Part shown: positions 54,505-64,000 of the stretch, piece after piece | How positions within the stretch are numbered: position 1 is the stretch's first letter | Layout: every line of letters begins with the position of its first letter | Assembly (NCBI GenBank): GCA_977030845.1 | Contig: OZ365113.1 | Span: forward strand, 17,298,001 to 17,362,000 | Length of the DNA stretch: 64,000 bases | Reading direction: 5' to 3' | Source: Fimbriosthenelais zetlandica | Taxonomy: Eukaryota | Translations under genes and position numbers: made by a program | Notes under the pieces: generated by a model | What the model was told of the DNA's origin: nothing | What the model saw: the letters and a program-made list of their open reading frames with translations, nothing else | Databases searched by the model: none

Positions 54505-54660
54505 GACCGTGAGTTTGTCGAGATGGACATGCCGTACAACGGAGCAGCCAACAAGCCTTCGAACACCCCTCCCCTCACACCAAGTCCCTCCATCGTGTCA
54601 ATGGGTGATAGTCGGAGGACTGGTTGCTGTGCTAGGCGGCCTTCCCATAGGAAATACCAG
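54505..54660 (+). CDS. Shal: Shal/Kv4 exon: DREFVEMDMPYNGAANKPSNTPPLTPSPSIVSMGDSRRTGCCARRPSHRKYQ
   Basis: EKTT|DREFVE continuation as in invertebrate Shal, with a CC-x-RR motif. Acceptor ctataacag ends at 54504; donor CAG|gtgggt at 54661. 156 nt, phase 0-0. Confidence 0.93.
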
Positions 54661-57600
54661 GTGGGTATACAAGACCTATCTCAGCATGTTATCATTCACC
54701 ATACTGAAACTGATGAAAGGTGGCAGACGCCAACCACGATCTATAGATATGTGTCAGGTTGTTTATGACTCAGTTAGCAGGGCAAGGGTATCGTTATCAG
54801 CTATAACGCAGACGTATCAATTGACGGCTGGATTATTTTAGAAGAAATCAAAAACTCTAAGAGAGACATATTATATAGCATAATGATAAATACTTCCCCA
54901 AACCTGATCCATGAGAAAATCTTAATATAACATAAAATCAATGAACGCTTAAAAACGAATTTCTGTACTAAATAAACTGAAATCGAAGGTTACACACTAC
55001 AGGATGGGCTGCTTTCTTGGGGAAATATAAATTCAAAAAGACAGTGGACATTCGTTCAAGTTTCTATGAGATTATCAAGGTAAATCCAAGGAGCACTATT
55101 AGGTGTCTATATCCCAAGAGGACTATGGCCGGGCCCATCACAGTACAAGAGTAGGTTAGCCCAGTATTGGACTGGTAACAACCCCGAAACTCAAGTATAC
55201 ACCTTACCCACTACAGACGGAATGAAATCCTCTTGTTTAAACCACCCTTCTCTTCACTTCAATTTATATTATTTTCTTTTAAGATTCCACTAAAATATGA
55301 GTCCCCAATTGAATATAGAATAATTTTAGATTTAAAAAAAATGAAGACTTCGCACCATAAAATCCGACAACTCTAAAATAGGACATTTTCAGATGTACAG
55401 TAACTATTAGATTTATGTTCGATTCCTTACGTCCTAGTTAATTGTTAATGTAACATCGGTAGCTAAAGTTCACTGACATTGAAATTAGTACTGCATAATT
55501 TTCTTTTTGAGTGTCATTGTCCTTCTCTGTTTTACATGCATAGAAATGATTTATGTACATAGATCATGAATTATAAATGTATTGCATTATTGCAATTATA
55601 CCAATTTCTCCAAAATATTTTAACCCGAGATTATTAGTAGATGAACTGGTTTATGTTGCTAGTAATATTATTCTGCTATTGTGCCTAATGTGACTTTAAG
55701 CTTTTCCATGTTGACTTGTGCTTTTCCTTTTACCTTTTCCTTTCCACCTATCAATCTCTTATTGTTGTACCAATAAATGTCACAGCCCATCCTCAAAAAA
55801 CCTTCCCCAACTCCCCAAGCAATGTTCTTCCCGGTGAAGTGAAAGATCAGTGTAGCAGTACCATATTATAGGGCTACCTCTTCATGTGGATGCCTTAATA
55901 ATGAATTTAAAAATATAACCCAGATATTTCCTCCCTCCCACTTGTCTGTGCATTCCCATTGTTCCTCATCCCCTAACCCAATTCCATTCTTTTCCTGTAA
56001 ACTTTGACTCCACCCATGATACACCCTTTGTCAACCAATCCTATATACCTATACCTACATCTTCTGACTACGTCCAACTTTCATGATGTTACACAGAAAG
56101 TATATTTGTGTACTCTGTTATCTTTACACCATCCATCGACAAATCAACATACTAAAGGCTGATGAGGTTAGAATCAATATCTGCTTAACATTTCAGCAGA
56201 TATGAACACACATTTTACATCATTATCATACGTATCCATTCATACTTCATCCATGCCGACACCTTCTAATGACATTTTGAAAAGTTTTCGGAAGAAACAA
56301 TTACAAATCCTTATTAAGCGTGTAGAAAAAATCTTTTAAGAAGCTGAAGGTGAACATGAAATCGATACGTATTGATATGTGAATGTATCTGTTCAAACAT
56401 TCTAGCTGCATGTGGATTTTTGAGCATATGTTTATTTGGCAGTAGGCTAGTTATTAGGCAATTTTTTATTCTAAGAGTATTTTGATATACTGTTTCATTC
56501 ATAGTTTTTTCTCGTGAATATATGTTATCATCCATTATGAAATTTAGGTTTGAGGTGTGGGGAAGATATTCAAATTCAATCAAAGGATGTGTAGATGAAT
56601 AACACCTTTCTTTCTTTTCCACTTTTCTCGCTTGCTATTTCTAAATTAAGCTCTTATATAATACTGCGCAAATTCATGATTTAATAGCCACCTTTTCACG
56701 CAAGAGCTTTTGGTGCTTTTCACTTAAATACCTTTTGCCTTTTTTGGCCGGGCAATCATTGCCACACGAGAAATTAATTTCCCTTGACCCCAATAAGCCC
56801 CTGCATCATTTGCTTGCCTCATTACCTTCAGTGCATCAGTGTCTTCTTCTGATATCACTCATACCTATTACCTTAAACCTATCGCTCATGAGGTAGGGAA
56901 GTATTTTTGACATAGCTCTTTTATTACAAGAGCTCAATAATTATTGAGAAAACCAATGACACGCCACTGTTGTCTGATGTTCCAAATAAGAATATAATAT
57001 CATATAGATATTTCTTCTTTCCGGTTAGCTTTTTTCTCTTAAACTGTTTTCATGTGTCAGTTTCATCACAAAAATCAGAACTATAGTTTTTGTCACGTCT
57101 GAAATATTGCTGTGTGATGCATTTTTGTACTCTTCCATGAAACAGGCATTTCAGGAACAATATTGTGGTTTCAGTTCACTACATCTGAGCAGAAATCCCA
57201 ATATTGGACCTTTGGCACCTTCGCCTGCATTTCTACTAGGGATAATTAACTTCTTGAAAAATGTCCTTGACTATGTACGGAAAATCACAAAAATATACCC
57301 CTGAACTCCAAATAACATACGTAAACAAATATCATCCACTATAGAACCTTAATTCTAGAAAACCTCATCCGAAACATCATTCGATTCAATTCTTTTGCTT
57401 TTATTTAGAGTACTTAGAAGACTCGTTTTGTCTAAAGACCATGCTAGCTAGACCTCAACTCCTTTTTCAAACTTTGTCTAAAGCCTAAACGGTATCATCT
57501 GATTTCAGACCTGTTTTCGTTCAGTGACGTTCTGCTAGATTCGGTCCATGCCAACCACTTTATGATTGAGCATTTTCATAATTTCTCTAGAAACAAATGA

Positions 57601-60431
57601 AGTAAGGGAAAAAGACCTGTGACACAATTCGTTTCCCAATGGTGAAGGAATTTCGCCATAGCCTGAAATCTGCCATATTGAAATGCAGGGACAGAGGTGC
57701 CACCTGTTAGGTGTTATGTGGGAATGCCATTTCTTGTAACTGTCATTGGTGAATGCCCCCCGGAAATGCTATAGTTTATTTGCTACCTTTCATATCAAAT
57801 AAATGAAGAAAGCGATATTTTAAATAAAGAGGATAACTAAATGGTTTAAATAATACATCGTGCTAGAGTGAGATCTTAACGGCAGTAATGTATTGGAAAA
57901 GTGGCTATAATTTTAGGGTAGGATGTTGAATCATCTGCTGAATAGGACCCGCGAGTAGGCTCCCTATTTTTTTTTGATGGAAGGTAGAAAAATACAGGAG
58001 ATTATGTTAAGGGTGAAATTAGGGGAAACAAATTTCTGTAGGTTTTTGGAGTATGCATCTCGTTGCTTTGTTAACTCCAGTAATCGGTATAAGTTTCTAT
58101 TTTAGGCGCCACATCACACCACTTCCCAAGATCAGGAACAGTCCAAAGAGAAGGAGGTCACAGCCTTTTTCCCTTAAACAGCCTCATAGGTACTGGCTGA
58201 ATTGTGCTCACTATGTGTTGGGTAATGTGTATTCTATATGAGGGCCTTGTGGTGGATTACTATTATATTCCCGTGTGGATATCTCTATCTCTCTCTCCAT
58301 TTCTCTCTGTACTCGCCAAACCTGCTCCTCCTGTTCATCTCTGCCAACCAGTTAATCTATAGTCTGTATCACCCGACCCAATGACACAGAGAAAGATGTG
58401 AAATTTCCATGGTTACCCATCCACCCATACCCGCATTGACGAGCCTTTGTAGGCTGCGCCCTGGCGCTATACATCTAGTACATTTGTTATGACAGTATCT
58501 ATAGCGCCTGCTATATAGAACCCCATAGATCTCATCCTCACTAACCAATGGAGACCCATTAGCTTTCATACAATAACGCCTCTACCTATCTTGCTAAGGT
58601 TATTTTGTCATAACCCCTGGTCCACCCTTAGTTAATTATATATTAAAACCTGCAGTGCGCCGCCATTTCCTCAGAGTTTGGTTATTTTGCCACCAACCAT
58701 GCATTAAATTTACAGCAGTAGGGTTGATGTTAGGTACCAGGCTGACGAGAAAGAAACACTTTCTCCTGTGGCTTGGATTTTGTGGCCAGACTTTGAGCGT
58801 TTTCTGTGTTTTATGTTGTGATTTTTTTGAGTTTCATATAGGTTTTTTAAGGATGCGATGGGAAAGACAAAACTGAAAAGCAAATCCCTTCTCCAGTTAC
58901 CTTTTTCCAACACCTTCTCGAGTCCAATATTCAATCTAATCACAACATTGACCTATGATTTTTTACTTGATCTTCCAAAAATCCATGCAGCTTTAACTAC
59001 ATGTACATGATGTACATCTCTCTTAGAAACTGGAGTTGGGATTTTCATTTTGTCTTGTAATCGCTGGCTATAAGCCCTAGTGAGGGACTAATATATTAAT
59101 ACCCACTTTGGTATTTGGTATTTCCGGGATGTTTCTTTCATTGTCTCTCTATTAGCATGCGCCTTGGTCATCAACAATTTAGATACCCTCTATCACCCGG
59201 CTATCAATGTGAAAGCCACGTTGTCTCAAGGAAACGAATTTATATATGTCATGGCAAGGTGTGACTATATCGTATACATGTATATGTATACTATATTTAG
59301 CCTATGCATAGATACCTCCACATATATATGACATGCAGTTTTGATATACGTGTCCAACATCATTTGTTCCATCCCCCAACATTAACCAGTTATATATACA
59401 TGTATCTGTGTTTGCATCTGTGCAATGTGGTTTGGCATGGTTATGTTGCGTGGAATTGGTTCGTTTCATTTGTGTTCAGAAATAATGGCGCGATTCATCA
59501 GCATCAATGAAGATCAAGAATGTTCTTCACTTCTGCAGTGGCACACATAAATTGCTCTATTGGAATCCCCAAAGGGTTTGGCAATATTAGGAACCATATA
59601 TGAATATGTATGCACATTTTCCAATTCTAACAGCCTTGCACATGCGGGGTTCGACTCAAGCATGTGCAAGCAACTCTCCCCTAGAGAGAGATGTTTTCAA
59701 ATGGAACTTTCTGAAGATTTTGGGGTGTATGAAACGATTTTAAACATTTCAATTCTTAGTTAAGAAATAATTTCTCTTTATGTGCATTTTCGCTCCATAT
59801 AATAGAAGGAGACCCCACACTCTGCATGGATTTTAAGGGATGATAATTTTAGGCATGGTAACTTAAGACAGATTACACAGCATGTTCTTGGAATTGCTAA
59901 AGTGCATCGTTCGTGAATTCTGATTATTAAAAGTTTGATTGCTATGCCTAGTGTGCTACTGCAGACATTAACACAATAAGCATAAGACTAAAGAGAGGTG
60001 ATGGTTGAACTAACTCGGATAAGACATGTAGGCCTAGCTAATATTAGATCCTTTCTTCATTAACTCCAATGACCTTTTACTGATTTAGGTGCAAATAGTT
60101 AGTAGTTCCAATTAATATACTAGCTTAATGTATACTTTACCTTTTTAAATTCTGGATGTTCGACCTGAAATTATAGAAAGGAAAATATTAGAAATATATT
60201 TGAATATCACGTTAAGGATGGTAATTTTTGTTTCTAAGTACCTAAATCTCTTCAGGTTTGATAGAACAGTAGAATACATACGGCTGATTTTAATGACTAA
60301 ATGTTCAACTCAAAATGGGAAAAAAATGAAAAAACCAGCATGAATACAACCATTGGGGGTACCCGAGGGTATACCTTTTTACACATCATTTGTGCTACTT
60401 TTTGACATTTTTTCTTTTTGTTCTACTTTAG
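54661..60431 (+). other. Shal: Shal intron, 5.8 kb, phase 0 (may contain an alternative exon)
   Basis: GT..AG ends; KYQ|ATR joins in frame. Confidence 0.85.
55786..55833 (+). CDS. Candidate alternative Shal exon (PILKKPSPTPQAMFFP), either a cassette or terminal (...FPVK* ending at 55842)
   Basis: Acceptor cacag ends at 55785 after an AG-free, pyrimidine-rich zone from 55701; 48 nt, phase 0-0, open. The donor CCG|gtgaag is weak. Confidence 0.35.
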
Positions 60432-60725
60432 GCAACAAGGACCACGTCCGATGTTGGGCAGGAGGAATTAAACGACATGCAAATACGTCTCCCTGCCTAT
60501 AATCGGACATCTCGGTCAAGTTTAAACATCGTCACTGCTAATCCAAACGTATCAACCCCACTCAACGCCACATCTCGGCCCAACAATGCAACTAATGTTA
60601 CTACAGCAATTGTGTCGATGCCCCCATCACACAGTACAGCATCGGAATTTGATTCCATCATTGGCAGCTGTGGAACGGAAAATGTAACACAAAACCCAAG
60701 TGTAGTGAGAATCTCAACTTTATAA
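60432..60725 (+). CDS. Shal: Shal/Kv4 terminal coding exon (ATRTTSDVGQEELNDMQIR...SRSSLN...PSVVRISTL*)
   Basis: Long T-rich tract and acceptor ctactttag ending at 60431; in frame (phase 0). QEELNDMQI, SRSSLN and VVRISTL parallel the vertebrate Kv4 segments QELSTIQI, SRSSLN and VRVSAL (class I PDZ ligand). Stop TAA at 60723-60725. Confidence 0.9.
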   Translation, partial: ATRTTSDVGQEELNDMQIRLPAYNRTSRSSLNIVTANPNVSTPLNATSRPNNATNVTTAIVSMPPSHSTASEFDSIIGSCGTENVTQNPSVVRISTL

Positions 60726-63700
60726 CGAGAAATGTAGCTCACATTATGGACAACCAAACCAAAGGAACATATGATTATAATGTCACTAAACTATATATAT
60801 TTAAAGCAGGGACATACTATGAGGCATTTCATTGATAGCGTTTCAAACCATTGTCGTTAATAGAACGAGGTACATTAAATGATAAATATACATACTTATA
60901 AACTAACACTAATAATAATGGCAGTGAATACTGATGTTTAATTAATCTTATAATCTGTCTGTACTGGTGGTAATAATTATAACGCAATTGGTATAAATCA
61001 TAATTCTTCTCAAGGTGATGATGGTGATGATGATTAGCACGTATTTTGTGCCATGTTATGCTCTGTTCTGAATTAGGTGGAAATATTCAGTAACAAAAAA
61101 AAACCATGCTACTAAATATCAATGATATAACTAATGAAGCTCAATGTTCTGTGACGGACCATGCACGAAGCAAATGATGTCCTGATGTTAAGTCCAAACT
61201 GGATTGGTCTTTTTCATTCTACGCTGCTGCTTTACTCGCTGCTGCAGGTGGACTTTCATAGGATCATCTGTGGGTCCAAAAGTGCATTACGAGAACAAAT
61301 GCTCGCTGTTCAGATGGCGACCGCTTTGTTGGATGGATCCTTTTCTTTATTTTTGGTAGAAACACTGGCTTGCTAGGCCTTTGTTGAGAACCAAGTTATG
61401 ATAAGACAAAAATACGGAAGAATCTCTGTCTATGACCTTCAAGTGAACACATTCTGGTGTTCCCAAAAGAAGAAATCTCATCAAACCGTGACGTTCTCAA
61501 AGACAGGAAGTAGCCTTTTTCTGGGTTGATAGGAACGCCACGTCCCGACCTCCATTCCAGAATGAACAATTATGGCTGTGTCGGCCTCTCTAATCGCCAA
61601 ACTGGCTGATGATGAGAGACAACATAGGTGGCGTGGGGACCAATGCAGGGCGAAATGCAAAACCCCTGCTTGGCCCCAGTGAGATGAATTCATCTGTCTG
61701 GCAGAATTGTATAGTTCATCGCATAGGAACGGGTAGCCATTTCAGCCCAAACAGTAACCCTTTTAGATCATATCCCAAGTTCATTACTGATCTGGTATTT
61801 AACGAGGAAAGGACTGTGAAAACCAGTACTTATAGAGGAATGCAGAAAAAATGTCCTCAAAATGGATAAGTTCTCCTATTTGTAATGCGGCATTGGGTCA
61901 TTGTTTAAAAACCATGTTATACATTACTCATAGGGTGATTCAGGTGAAAAGTAGGGATTGAGAGGGTGTTACCTTGGGCTGTTATGTGTTGCCAGCTTCT
62001 TGGGTTTTTTTTCTATTTTAGTTGATCTTAGTGTCATTACATGTACCATGATACCAAACTGTAAATATTGGAGAAATCTATCATTCGGCTTACGCCAATT
62101 CATAATGGCTTATTGTTGCGCCATATACATACTACATTATTCACAGCATATGGTTAGCGAAAGACACTCGCAATCAATACAAATTGGTTCTTCGACATTA
62201 TACTCAGTACCAAAGTACACAAAACATGCATGTAAACTAAATAACTGAGCGTGGAACACTTGTACAATAAGATAGTACAGTATCTGTAATTTACGATGTA
62301 TAAACTCCCTCTATTATGATATATATATTATATATATTACTCTGTATGAGTATGGACCGATTACTCGCGTAACATCCTGTACATGTAAATTTATGAATAT
62401 ATTGCAATCCGATACTGAAGGGTGGCATTACAAACTTACGTCTTGACTACGTAAAGAAAGTATAGAACATGACTATTATATTTAAGTATAATGTACACTA
62501 GTATGGGGATTTCCTTTTGCGAACTTTCCCTTAATGTCATGTTACTTTCAGTTTGGTGGAGAAAAAAAACTTTTCATCCAGAGTGTTGTACACTTTGACT
62601 CATCCAAGGCTCAAGTTAAACTGCCTGCCCACCTTTTAAGCAGTTCTGTGGGATTTTTTTTGTCGTGTATGCTTAATACCAGTAACATTATCGCCTGTGC
62701 ATCGTTCTAATGGGCCCTTATATTAAGAAGTCCTGCAGTCAGACTATTTTGTCGTGGAAGTGCTTGTATCAAGTTCAAATGAAAAATATACATGAATTAA
62801 CTACTTTGGTATTTTCAATCACTGAAGATCCCTTTGGGCAATTTGAAAAGGTTTTACGACTGGTTAAAGACACTATGGCGTGGTTCTTCTTATAATTCCA
62901 TTGTTCTATAATTTGGGATCACGCTTGATACCAATAATTAACTTACTTTGTTTTATAATTTATGTCATTGTGTTTTACATTTATTGATATTTTGTCAATT
63001 TGAAGGGAAGTATGAATGCACCCTGGATATTTAGTGGATAAATGCACAGGTTTGTTTGGACGATTATTTAAAATGTTGATGCACCATGGTTTTAATTTAT
63101 TGATAACATACTTATTGTCAAATCACTTTAAGATGCAATGTTTATGCAAAGCAAATTTAAAGCGATGGAAAATAGTACGATATATGTATACATACGAGTA
63201 GTGTAAAGTTTAAGCTATGTGATGTTTGACAAAAATACTTTTATGTCAGATTTTTGTTTCATTTTCGAGAATCAAGAAAGTGACAACAAATTACGTGATT
63301 TCCATTCTATTATTTTGCCATTAACATAAGTGTACAACCAAAATATAGAGTGGATCATATTTCCTTATTGTTTTATTACTCGTTCTCAGTGGCCAGCTTG
63401 GTTGGCCCTGGGAGGATTGATATTATCATGGTTGTTACTAGTAATTTAGTGTACATGGACATCAGCTTCCATCCTATGTCTCATCGTGAACGTGTTAACA
63501 GTTGTGTGAGTTGTGAAGGGGAGGTGGTCCTAATTTTAACAGGAGTCACCCCTCCCATAGACATTTGACGTGTGACGGCAGGAGTCAAGTGAGGTGTCTG
63601 GAAGCGTTTCATTTTTTTCCCTATTCTTTCTTAAATATATGCATACAAATTACGCTTAACGCTTTGTTAAAAGTTGCCATCATTTGTTCTTTGCTTCATG

Positions 63701-64000
63701 TTTGACATTAATCAAGAATGGGGTATATTTAATAAGCCAAGGGAAGCTGTTATAGTGTAGCATTATTACCATTTATATCCCGAAGCACCGGGGTTTATTT
63801 GACGTTCCACACTGTAAACATTCATGGATTATCTTTCTTACATATGTTTATATCACATAGAAATCCACATTTGGATAGGAATCATTCACACCTGATTATA
63901 CAATGATAAATGGCTCAATGCTAACCATCTAAGAATATGCAAAAAGAAAATCCAAGTGATTTAAGACTTCCATTGCATCCAAAAAAATACATAGGAACTT
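60726..64000 (+). other. Shal: Probable Shal 3' UTR or downstream region; 3' end not determined
   Basis: AT-rich non-coding sequence after the stop. ATTAAA at 60874-60879; I did not spot AATAAA. Confidence 0.5.

Noticed and set aside
60723-60737. Stop-codon readthrough of Shal
   Set aside because: The stop is TAA-C rather than TGA-CTAG, another stop follows after three codons, and extension would mask the PDZ ligand.
61161-62248. Short ORFs downstream of the Shal stop
   Set aside because: No homology or exon structure; consistent with UTR or intergenic sequence.

Overview
AT-rich animal genomic DNA, probably an invertebrate such as a lophotrochozoan (the taxon is inferred, not shown). The window holds the 3' half of one + strand gene, a Shal/Kv4 (KCND-type) A-type voltage-gated K+ channel. 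Four coding exons are supported by protein motifs and phase-consistent GT-AG junctions: 33132-33294, 53985-54173, 54505-54660 and 60432-60725 (about 266 aa, from the selectivity filter to the C-terminal PDZ ligand). The large exon encoding T1-S5 was not found, so bases 1-33131 appear to be the distal part of a >33 kb intron. Almost all other ORF-track entries look spurious or are decayed retroelement fragments. The introns contain two tRNA-derived SINE families, a MITE, a rearranged tandem duplication and clusters of transcription-factor-like motifs. I found no new protein-coding system. The best candidates for undescribed biology are non-coding: (1) a textbook recursive-splicing (AG|GTAAGT) site with a poison cryptic exon at 7737; (2) a 127-nt palindrome whose mismatches all favour folding of the minus strand with sheared GA pairs; (3) a candidate alternative exon with a long AG-exclusion zone in the C-terminal region; (4) RFX X-box and nuclear-receptor site clusters. 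All of these are sequence-based predictions that need RNA-seq or comparative data.
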